DNA of 48,015 nt from Macrostomum lignano. Taxonomy: Eukaryota. Below are positions 1 to 9,676 of this stretch, piece after piece. Location of the stretch: positions 1 through 48,015 of the forward strand of contig NIVC01004380.1 in assembly GCA_002269645.1 (NCBI GenBank). Direction: 5' to 3'. The notes below the pieces were generated by a model. The model was not told where the DNA came from and made no database searches. It was given only the letters and a program-made list of their open reading frames with translations. Made by a program: the position numbers and the translations under genes. The stretch's first letter is position 1. Each line of letters opens with the position of its first letter.

Positions 1-1703
1 CAAGTAGACTCTCAATATCAGCATAAACCAAATACAGCGGCGGCAGTCGAGTCTCGTAGGCTGAAAAAGACAAAAGTGCTTTGCCCTCCTCTGGTAAAAC
101 CTCCTCCGTGACTGGCTTTGGCGTTCGAATGAAGCCGCCGCCGCCGCCGCCTGGTTGCTCCTCCGTCGTCTGGCCACACACGTGTTCTTTCAAGATATAA
201 TCCCAAGACGTGGTGTGAATAAAGCTCGCCAGACATTCAGGACAATAGCGCCGGCGTTTAGCACGAGAACTCAACAGCCTATCCAGATTTAGCACCGCCA
301 TGTAGTGTCCATACTTGAATTCTGCGTAAGGTGGTATGAACAGACAATTGACTGGCGCAAGGTCACCAGTGGAACGACGAAAATTAAAAAACAGCACGGC
401 AGTATTCGTGGCATGACTCCAGACAAACACACGCATCAGTCTAATTCGAGGGTTCAGCCGGCAAAACTTTCTGTAGCTCCCAATTGAGTGACGAGTCACT
501 CCGGCGCGCGTAAATCGAAAGCTTTTCAGCCAAGGCCTGTAAGACGCCTTTCGCCTTTTACGGGCTTGCCCTTCGACCTGTGAGGAAAAGACGCTCGACA
601 CGACAGCATACATAAAACAATCATGCTGATCTGCTCGGTGCGGGCGTAGAAACAAAACCGCTCCCGGCATACGACCAACAGCCAGTGGAACGCGGAATGG
701 AACGGAACGGGTCGGAGCGGATTCTGTTGGACCGCCGCCCGCCTGCGCGCCCGCCGCCGCCGCCGCCACGCCCGCCGCCACCACCACCGCCGCCCGCCAC
801 CCGCTCCCCACACGTCCTGCTGCTGTGCCGACGACTGCTAGTGTTCGACTGTAGTAGTAGATATTTTCGGCGGAATATGCACAGCATAACGTCGACCTTG
901 ACAACGCCGAGGAACTTCCAGTTACTACCTCGGGACTGAAAGTTGTCTAATTTAGCTACCAGATCGTTTGTTGCCTCGCTGTACCATTGGTTGAAAACGT
1001 CCTCAGAGAGAAGAAGTACACGGCGGCGCGGCGGCTGGAGCATTCGCATCGAAGGAGACCATAACGACTTTGGAATTGAAAAAGGGCGCGATTACTTCTA
1101 CCTCTTCGTTGTGGGGGATTCACCAACAGCCGTGTCATTGGCGGGGGGATAACGAGTACGATACATTTTTACATTAAGATGTATACATGTACGGAGTAAA
1201 CAGTCCGCAGATCCGAGAGAGTTAAAAAGACGAAAAAGTGGAACTTGCAGTTGTGGAAGTAACTCGCTGGGTGGTTCGGTCTCGCCATCGTCCTCGTCCA
1301 GCAGAGGCGTGAACGTCAGAAAGTTCGCCCGACCTCGGTGTGCGGACTCGGTATGTTGTACCGACCAGCCTGGTGGAGTGTCCTCTTCGATTAGCCGACG
1401 CACTGGTTCTCGAAGTAAAAGTTGGTCTGGTTGATAGCACGAGCCATTGTGCGAGTGCCCATGGAGGGCGGCTTGACTGTTGAATCTCTGCCGGCACACA
1501 GGGCATCTGATTTGTTTCGTCGTCGTCGTCGACGGCTGGAATGGTGTTGGCGATTGTTGGCGATGGGGTGGTTGTGATAATCGCCTAAATAGTTTGCTCG
1601 GTGGCAAAAATAAGGAAGGAATGCACAGCCTTAAGTTTGGTGGACAGTCCGAAAATGTCCTCCGCCGCGTGGTTAAACTGTATTTTACTTTGCAGAGATA
1701 CAA
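1..1703 (-). pseudogene. polB: Family B DNA polymerase, Maverick/adintovirus type, N-terminal half (frameshifted, truncated by window edge)
   Basis: Stitching frames gives: C2H2-like CPVCRQRFNSQAALHGHSH (~1510-1450); EVIAPFFNSKVV (~1095-1060); LDNFQSRGSNWKF (GSGW-type motif, ~950-915); HDCFMYAVVSSV (~625-590); YGHYMAVLNLDRLL...YCPECLASF...EHVC (~315-175); and Exo I VYADIESLL at 28-2. At least 3 frame changes (~1115, ~1030, ~740). The last frame is open from 946 to the edge and is absent from the ORF track. The start codon is not resolved. Confidence 0.82.
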
Positions 1704-1981
1704 TTATGTAGACAATTTGAATATTTAGGAATGAACAGCAGGCTAGTAAGTAGTAGGTCGTTGATGGTGGTTGAAAGAATAGTCAATGGTAGTGTTTTTA
1801 GGGGTCTGAATCAGTTCGAATGGATCATCATGATAAACAAAAATCGTTGGGTACGCATTGGAATTTTACCTTCAGGTAGTAATAGTGGTAGGTGGTGTTT
1901 TTTCAACTTGGTAGGGGCTCGGTTGAATTTAGGTGTTTATTACTACAGCAGAAAATCGTTGTTGTTAATATCAAGTGCATG

Positions 1982-3363
1982 TCAGAGCTCACGACGAATG
2001 ATGCCGCCAACAAGATGGGCTAGATCGGTCGTAGATGTATCCGATCTGATTAGAATTTCGTGTACGTTCGAGTAGTCCTGGTAGTGTCGTGTAAACGCCT
2101 CGTCTAGCGACCGTAGATAGTCCAGGGAGATGCCAGTCTCCTCACCGCTGCGTCCGCGCTGCGCGATGCGTTGAATGGCCAACTCCGGGTCAATGCGCAG
2201 GTAAATAAGCGTCGTGTTCGCGCCGGTAAAGGGTACCCCAGTCGCTTCGAGGACGTCTAGTTGGCGCTGAGCAATCGCCCATTCGGTGTCAGACAGCGAG
2301 CCTTGACGGTGTAGTACGTCTTGGAATGCTCGAGCCGACCCGAGGCAGCGGTCGAGGATAACCACCTTGTTGTTGGATTGTTGGTTAACCTCATTCCGGA
2401 CCTGGGTGGTAACACAAGATTGGCAAAAGTAGCTATACCGTGCGTGTCTTTCGACATTGGTTGTACATGCAGTAGGAGCTATACGAAAGGAATTGCTAGA
2501 TACTATAGTACCACTTACTTTGCTGTCTCTGTCGAGCAAGTCGTGGGAGACGTGCTGTTGGAATGCGACGGCCGGAAGCTCGCCTCGATAGAATGACTGA
2601 AGCAGATTTACCGAGTCCGGGAGGAGCGGGTGTCGCGCGTACTGGTGAACAGGCTCGGGACCGAAGACGGCTTTGTCGGCCCAACCCTCGAGGCGGGAGG
2701 TGAGAGCCAGTTCTCGAAGCAACGTCGACTTCCCGGCACCGATTACGCCCTCCAGGAGAAAAATGCGAGACTGGCTCGTCATATTGGCTAGAATTGGAAC
2801 AAATTCTGGTTTCGGAGCGGCTTCCTGACACAATTGTTTAACAATGTTGATCATTTCTAAAATCTGGCTAGTAGTCTTTGCACCTATTATAACGATCTTA
2901 AGGGAATGAAAAATATTGCACACCGTCCTATTGAGTGGAGCAGTACTACGGAGGGTGATGGCTTGTGGGAATATCTCCGCGTCGTAATACAGCCGAGCTG
3001 TGTGAAACGGCCCGATAAAGTTTTTCAGGGTCGAAAATTTGAGTCCAGGATAGTGGAGCAGACCAACGGTTGTAGAGCTGATTATACGAATCGATGTTTT
3101 GATTAGTTTAATTACTTTAAGGTGTATGAAATTCAGGGCACGTAGAAGTTGGACTCGGGATCTACAGCCATAAAGCGTGAGTAGTCCTCCGGGTAGAACT
3201 GACATGAAAATTGGGGCAGTCCGATACGAAGCATACTTGGCTTGGCGGAGTATAATTTGGAGGGGATTCCCGCCTGGCCTAGACGTTTTTTTAGCCTATT
3301 TAAATCTAACTTTTCTCCTGGAGGGGTACTCGTTCTGGCTTGCACTATTAGTAGGACCAATCT
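1982..3363 (-). CDS. TBP-like (two-repeat TATA-binding protein fold) domain fused to a deoxynucleoside/thymidine kinase; one frameshift near 3192 and one probable intron
   Basis: N-part LIVQ..GEKLDLNRL..YSAKPSMLRI..QFYP/GGLLTLYGCRS resembles TBP repeat 1, and YDAEIFPQ..IFHSLKIVIIGAK resembles repeat 2 (YEPELFPG..IFVSGKVVLTGAK). C-part has dNK motifs LEGVIGAGKST, PEPV, AFQ, ILDRC, IYLRIDPE..QRIAQRGR..E...SLDYL. Confidence 0.78.
2402..2518 (-). other. Predicted 117-nt phase-0 spliceosomal intron in the kinase domain
   Basis: Donor AAA|GTAAGT at 2518 and acceptor TGTGTTACCACCCAG|GTC at 2402. Removal deletes a 39-aa insertion and gives DLLDRDSK|VRNEVNQQSNNKVVILDRC, closer to normal dNK spacing. 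Confidence 0.65.
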
Positions 3364-3495
3364 CTGAAAAGAATAAATACGAGAAAAAATTCTGTATAAC
3401 GGTTAAGATTTTTATATATTTCTGGGTGATGCGTTTCCGTTTACGGAGAATGGTAGTTAGAGTTATAGGTATAGCTTCCCGCCACCAAGTGAACG

Positions 3496-4593
3496 CTAAC
3501 GGTCACTGTGCGAAGACTTCATCATCTTCGCTGTCCATGGGCTCCGTCGAGGCCCCGAGTCCACGTCCCCTAGCGCTGGGTTGGAGGCTGCAGCTTTACC
3601 CGCTTTGGGGACAGTATTGGTAACACCGCTTACAAGATCTTTGACGGGAGTCACCGTGATCCAGTCTTCAGCTGCTGCTGCTGTTGTTGCTGCTCCAGTC
3701 GTCTTGGTGGGGCGTTTGGCGGGGCTGCGACGAGTTGGGCCTTGTCGTCGTTTTCGTCCGCTAACTGGTTTCACTAGCGTCGTCGTAGTTGTTGACTCTT
3801 CTTCCTCAGTTGCGGCGGTGGCGGCGATTGGAGTCGACGTAGTTGGGATGTGAAAACGCAAAGCTTGGGCTAGCATCGGCAGGTGTTTCGGGTCGTCGTC
3901 GACCAGTGTCAGCGAGCGAAGGGCGAGGCCGAGGCGCCATGTCTTGCTTTCCTTCTGACGATAAAGACTTGTGAGCTGAACGGAGAGATGGTAAAGACCG
4001 CTAAGTCCCCTCAGCTCGCTTGTGTCAACTTCACGTGGGTGTTGATTAGGCAGTGCTCGAAAGGTGAAACATGGTAGTGTAGGTTTTATGGCAATCCACT
4101 GGGCAAAGCCCAGGTCGCCTTCCTCGGTGGCGCGGGAGATGCGAAGCAGCGGCATCGGATCGCCCATTTGCTTTAGTTTGATAGCGATGCCTCTTTCGAC
4201 TTGTCTAGCGAGAGCAAGGGGAATGAAAAGCAGTAAGAATTCATGGTCTAGTGAGTATGCACATGTAACAAGGATGGCGAATTCTTCAACTTACTTGATG
4301 CATTGTAGGAATTTGCTGCAAAAGGCCGATGATGACAGTCCGATGGCCACCGCCTCACGGTCTCCGGCTAAAAACTCTCCGGCATCCTGTATTTGGACAC
4401 CACGAAGAATCTCGACTGGGGTCGTGGTTTGAATCACTAGTGGGGACCTCCTGTCGACTTTGGGGGGCGTCCACGTTACGCTACGGAAGGTGCAGCTTGC
4501 TGTAGGAGCGTTGGGTTCGCCTAGGTGGAGATTACCAACGTCGGCTTGGATAGCACCCGGTTGGAATACGGATTCGGCAGCGAAACCAGCCAT
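3496..4593 (-). CDS. Two-exon gene (4593-4295 + 4204-3496), putative OB-fold ssDNA-binding protein with a low-complexity T/A/K tail
   Basis: ATG in ACACCATGG context. ORFs 4291-4593 and 3496-4167 share a frame; the intervening stop lies in CAA|GTAAGT, and a pyrimidine-rich acceptor ends at 4205 (90-nt intron). The spliced product reads FCSKFLQCIK|QVERGIAIKL. The SSB call is from a recalled pattern only (LVIQTT.P; YHLSVQLTSLY..WRLGLAL). Confidence 0.6.
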
Positions 4594-4680
4594 GGTGTTG
4601 ATCTTGCCTTGCTCGGAACGCGTGTTTGAAGTGCCTTCTATTTGGAGTCTTAATGAAGATTTTATTTCGTTTAGGGGTAC

Positions 4681-4690
4681 CTATTTTATA
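4681..4690 (-). promoter_or_regulatory. TATA-like box upstream of the SSB-like gene
   Basis: TATAAAATAG on the minus strand, ~90 nt upstream of the ATG at 4593. Confidence 0.35.
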
Positions 4691-5292
4691 GAGTTGTTTT
4701 TTAAGGGGGGCGTGGGATCGTTGAAGATTGTAGTTGGTCTTCTGGCTGGTGAATTCCCAGGGACTTTGACATTTTGTTAAAGAGTTTAGGGTTGGTGAGA
4801 TGCGATGCAAATATACGTGCGTTAAGAGATAATTTTGGCATTATAGTAGTGCGTGCAAATCGGTGAATTGATTTGACATGCTATTTAAGTTCACTAATTT
4901 GGTGTTCACTAGTGAATAGGAAATTGATCTCACTCGATGCGTTCGGGTTATAGTAGGCTAGGGTCGGTGAATTGACTGCATGCATTTCATGGGCGTAAAT
5001 TGCGTGCTCATTGCTGGATTGATAAAAATTTGGAAATGCCTGCACCCTAGTTTGGGTCACGGGTGACGTTTTCCCATAGAGGTCGGTTTGTAGAAAGATA
5101 CCGAAAGGGGGGTTTTTACTGGCTTCGGCATTGAGTGGTTGGTTGACAGCGCGGCGCTATCTATATGCTATATGCCGATAACGGAAATTGTGCAATCCCC
5201 CGCGTGGGTTGAGTTTCATATGAAGGGGAGATCTAGGTCATTGAGTTAGAGAGGAGACTTGGAACTGTTCGAACGATAGATTGCGAATGACA

Positions 5293-6747
5293 ATGGCCGA
5301 GGCTCAGGACGGATCGCGGGAAGAGTATTGGAAGGCACAGGAGGGATACTTTGAAGAATTGGAACGCAAATTCGCTTTCGTGGACTACGGTAGCGATCGA
5401 CTCCGACGAGTGTCGCCCTTGAGTAGACCGTCTGGTAAGTATAGTTTTTTATGACTGCCACTCCTCTTGTATGGCACCGTATTTTGATAGGGCATCATAT
5501 ACCGACTTCAGTAGACGGGCAGCAAGACCTCCGTCCGGTCGCGGTAGTTCCGCCTAGTGTGCGTGGCCGCGAGGATCCCTATGACGGGGAAATTACTATA
5601 GGGAGGAATACGTTCCCACCAAGGACAGAGGTATGTAATATGCATTCTGAGTTCGATTGCTTTGTGGTAGTATAACTTACTATGCCTTCATCTACTGGTA
5701 GGATTACTTCAACGCAAGGACGGCAGCTTTGGAGGAGCTACGTGAGGGGCGACCCGAGGTTCGCTATCGTGACGCGGGTTACGACGTAAGATTGATTTTT
5801 AAGTTAGTAGTGCCTGAGCTTGTACTTGACGAGTTCATTTTGCCTTTTTTAGCAACTATGCATGAGTGACCGAGTAGTTTTGCAGCACCAGTGGGCGACG
5901 GCAGTTTGTACGCGAATGCATGAACTGGTGCCGGAGATGGTGGCTCGGGGAAGGGAGGTACGAGACAATATTCGTATGCTTTTCTTATCACATATTGCAT
6001 TAATAAATAAAGAATTTCCATTCTCATTTTAGGAGTTTTTAGCCATGGTGAGTGGAGATGTGCTTTTTGGTGTGGTATAATTCACTCGTCCGTATGAAAA
6101 TAAATTTACTTGTCTGTTCTTTATTCTTGAATCGTAGATTCGCGGACGTGGTCGTCGGACTCGAAACGAGGTATGGATATTGTTATTTTAATTGAGTGTG
6201 ATCCTAGTTCAATATTGTAGCCCAGTTGTATTTTCTGCTGTTGCATATTCCAGGCTGCGTGTGTTTCGTCCAGCCCCACACAGCTTACAATGGTCAGTAG
6301 TCGCTTGGCATTGATTAAACATTTAAGATATAAAGGCTGGAATCTTATTTGACATTTCAGGCGAATTGCGCGATCGGAGAAGGGCGAGCTCCCGGACCAC
6401 CGCAGCCATGTGTCCCGGTTAGTGATACATCGAAAACCATGCTCTTTATTTTGGCGGTATGTACATAAGTAGCTCGGTTTGGGAGGTGCTCTTCACGTGC
6501 CGGTTTAAGATGGAGTTACGAGGTTTTATGGTAGTAGAATTCGTGTTATTTAGTGTGAGACGGGACCGTTAATGCATGAACCAGTTCTACTTTATGCTGC
6601 CACGCATTCAAGACTGCATGGCATTGATTAAAACTTGAGGGTGTAAAACAGTTGAAATCTTATTTTTTTAAATTGCAGACAAATTTCGTGTTCGGACGGG
6701 GGCGGACTCCTGGACCGCCGCAACCTTCCACGGTTGGTGTTACGTAG
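5293..6747 (+). CDS. Predicted 9-exon gene (~240 aa), unknown function
   Basis: Exons 5293-5434, 5491-5630, 5702-5785, 5853-5957, 6033-6047, 6138-6170, 6254-6292, 6361-6456, 6679-6747. All 8 introns are GT..AG (56, 71, 67, 75, 90, 83, 68, 222 nt), the frame stays open across every junction, and seven introns are phase 0. The product has an internal repeat: EEYWKAQEGYFEELER..FVDYGSDRL vs EDYFNARTAALEELRE..YRDAGYDQL. Confidence 0.68.
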
Positions 6748-6870
6748 AAGAATATGCTCTTCTTTGTAGGGTGTTCACAGTCATATCGGGTGGGGGGGGC
6801 AGGTTGGTAGTGGTTTAGGGTGAAATATGCAAGTCTATGGTGGTAGAGTTTGTGTTACAACAAAGAGTTA
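6305..6870 (+). repeat. Diverged tandem duplication of an intron-exon-intron module (~6305-6560 and ~6620-6870)
   Basis: Both copies begin ggcattgattaaa..aatcttattt..cag and encode G.GR.PGPPQP...MLF. Confidence 0.75.
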
Positions 6871-7994
6871 TTTATACAATCAAATTTCAGATTCCGAAGC
6901 CGCCATCCGGAAGTGGATTCCCTGGTGGTGGTAGGGTTAGTAAATTTTATATTGATTGCAGCGTAGTAAATTGACCTGGTAAATGTATGTCATCTTCTTT
7001 GGTTTCAGGATGCGGACCTGTCGTAGGCATTCGGGACTCGGCGTGTGGGTTGGTTGACTCCGTCGCCGCCGTCGGCTTGTTTATGTGGACTGTAGGGGAC
7101 TTGTATTTGTAAATGTTTCGTATGCGACTTTTATTCAGTGAAGGCTTGGACATATGTGTCTATTTATTCTTTTGGATTCGCTCTGTGTGCAGTATCGTAC
7201 ATGTAAATACAGTGTGGCGTAGATCCAAGGCCTTCGTTCGATGTAAGGGCTTGCCAGCGGGGTGTCTGTCTTGTTGTGTCATCGGTGGAAATATAGCGTT
7301 GTTAAAGGATAGGTTTGGATCTTGTTTGTCTTAGGGCTAAAGAGAGGGGTGATAAACTCGGGGTTTGAGTTTTCGGTGGTGTGGTTAGTTCTAGGGCTTC
7401 TGGGGTGGGGGGTCTGTATTATGGGGTCTGGTTTATCTCAAGTGGGGGGTGAAGCATGGGGGGTGGGAGTCGAATCACCCCGGGGGAATCTTAACGCGGC
7501 AATATTTTTTAAATCGCATGTAATTTGCTTTAGTTCTTTAAATTCAACTTTTATTCAATTTTATTTTATTTACTTGTTAAAAACTTTTAATACACAAATG
7601 TACCGGTTCGTCAATGAATGTATTAAAACTTGTAGTGCTAAAATACACGGATTCGATGTTGGTTGAAGTAGCTACTGAAGCCGGCGTTCAATCGAGAGGG
7701 CGGATAAGATAAACAAAAGTGCAAGATATGCATATGTAGATGCCGCGGAGACGGATGAAAAGTAACAGAAAATATGCGAAAAAGTATAAGTACGAATATG
7801 AGTGGTTGGTATCGAGGTTTTGAGTTCTATGGGTAAAATATTGAAGCCTAGTGACGGTCCCCCTGGTTCTAATCTGTACTACATAAAAATGGAAAATACT
7901 ATCCTGATCCTAAAATTGTAGACGTTTCGAGAAGTTTAACAATACAGCATAATAATGTTTGTTAGCAGGTAGGCGAGTACACTTAATGGCGGAT

Positions 7995-8576
7995 TCAGTC
8001 AATCAACACGGCCGTGGACGATAGTGGAAAGGTCGGCATGGACGGCGAGCGTGGTGTTGAGGTCCATGTTGGGGCAGCACGGCGGTTTGGGTTCGGTCCG
8101 GGTGAAGGTGTTTCGGTGCTGACTCTGCAAATAAGAGCGGAATGCTTCGGTAGTTGGGGGCCATGTTTCGGATAATGATTAGAATTTACTTACGTCTGAG
8201 TGGCTTGAGAATACTCTTGGCTACGGAAGTCATTCGGACGGCGGGACTCGGGAGAGCGGATGCGTTTGTAGCAGTGGTGAATCAAAGCGAGCACCAGGAA
8301 CAGAAAAATAATTAGACAAACGACCTTCAGGGCCACCAGTTGCGTACTTGCTAGGTTGATTAGTTTGTTGACGCTTTCTCCGATTGCGGTAACCATTTGG
8401 GTATTATTGTATGCCTGGACGGCTATACGATTTCGGAGCTCTTCTTGGGAGTAATGGGAATTCTCGGATAATTGTCTGACAACTGCCGAAAGTTGTCGGG
8501 TAGTTTCCGCGTTGTTTTGGGTGGCTTGGGCCTGTTTAATAAACACAGCCAGTATTTTTTGTAGTCGGTTCGCCAT
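7995..8576 (-). CDS. Small single-pass membrane protein: coiled-coil N-terminus, TM helix, basic then Pro/Ser/Thr-rich tail (2 exons: 8576-8194, 8124-7995)
   Basis: TM segment LVALKVVCLIIFLFLVLALI followed by HHCYKRIR. The ORF stop at 8190 lies inside donor AC|GTAAGT; acceptor CTCTTATTTGCAG ends at 8125 (69-nt intron). Splicing adds TVSTETPSPGPNPNRRAAPTW...AVLID*. Confidence 0.62.
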
Positions 8577-9065
8577 TAAGATGGTTATACGAGACTCGGT
8601 GAACTAATAATAAACTTGCCAGACTATTCACTCGAGAATCCGACTTGACGCTGTTTTTAGCGCTTGCGTCTAGAAGTTTGTATCTGTTCAAACCCTCAAG
8701 TCGTGGGGAGGGGTGGGGGTGGGGGGTAAAGGTTGTGCGCGGGTGGTTGATGAGAATCGGATTTTAATCGATTAATGTGGCGGGGGAGTGTACATTTCGC
8801 TGTGTGCGCCCTAGCGTTTGGGGTAAGGTCTTTTCTCGGAAATGTAGCACTTATGGTCCGGCGGGAACGGAGTATGGATCGTAGAGTTGGTATAGAATGC
8901 AAGTGGTTTATTTACGGAGCAAGTGGTTATTATGATCTATTCAATATCTATTACTGGAAGTGACGCAAGCCGCGCTCGTGGATAGTGTTGCCTAAGGCCG
9001 AGTAAAGCGTATACCTTATCGTGCGTTTAACACGGTTTCGGAATTTGAAGTGCTTGGTGAATAGT

Positions 9066-9467
9066 CTATTGGTTTCCACCTACTCGGGTGCGACTGCGAG
9101 TATAAGATAAGTAGGGGTACGATTTGTAGGCGGCTCGCTTGAGCGTGTTAGGACGGGTGGGGACTGTATTCATTTTTACATGTAAAAATGAGGGGTGCGT
9201 GTAATATACTAATACTACTAGCGTGTTGTCGAGTGTGGTCTGATTCCCTTCAGCTGGCGGGGGCAGAGCTCGGATTATGTCTGCAATTTCTTTCCCTGCT
9301 GTGTAGCTTAGCAGCTTGCACCGTTGGTTTTCATTGGTGATGCCCGAAGCGTCAATGAAATCTTGAAAGCGTGCTGACCACTCGCTCCAGCGTTTGCCAG
9401 CATTGTGAGGGTCGCTAATAATTGAGAACGGCTCTGGTGGGGGTAGTGAAACGTAGTTAGTGCCCAT
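9066..9467 (-). CDS. Gypsy-type gag N-terminal domain-like ORF (~133 aa), not followed by pol or an LTR
   Basis: MGTNYVSLPPPEPF..AGKRWSEWSARFQDFIDASGI..QRCKLLSYTAGKEIADII..LVYYTHP matches the W..W..RF / LL...G gag N-terminal pattern of many invertebrate Gypsy elements. Confidence 0.62.
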   Translation of the reverse strand: MGTNYVSLPPPEPFSIISDPHNAGKRWSEWSARFQDFIDASGITNENQRCKLLSYTAGKEIADIIRALPPPAEGNQTTLDNTLVVLVYYTHPSFLHVKMNTVPTRPNTLKRAAYKSYPYLSYTRSRTRVGGNQ

Positions 9468-9676
9468 TGCCCTCGCGTAGGTTTGTGTGTTTGCGACGCC
9501 ACTGTAGGAAGTCTGACAAGCCGTGTGAGTTTGCTTGGATCGATACAGATAGCAAAGTTCCAAATACGAGTAAATGCCAATGCGTGTATTTAAATATTAG
9601 TCAATGGGGGGTTGGCGCGTGCATGGTTAGAGAGTTGAATGTACGCCGATATAGAATGACACTGCTAAGGCGCAAG

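Noticed and set aside
5246-6027. Minus-strand ORFs 5246-5461 and 5779-6027 and an apparent minus-strand intron at 5680-5579
   Set aside because: No coherent spliced product; the region is better explained by the plus-strand 9-exon model.
6947-7980. Short ORFs and possible exons between the 9-exon gene and the TM gene
   Set aside because: No consistent frame, motif or splice chain could be built; left unannotated.
1982-8576. All three minus-strand viral introns have 3n lengths (117, 90, 69)
   Set aside because: Ascertainment bias, since they were found through same-frame ORFs; the plus-strand gene's introns are of mixed length classes.
9066-9467. gag-like ORF as the missing gag of the Gypsy element at 15260-18566
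   Set aside because: It lies 6 kb away, outside the LTRs and on the wrong side, with a different base composition.
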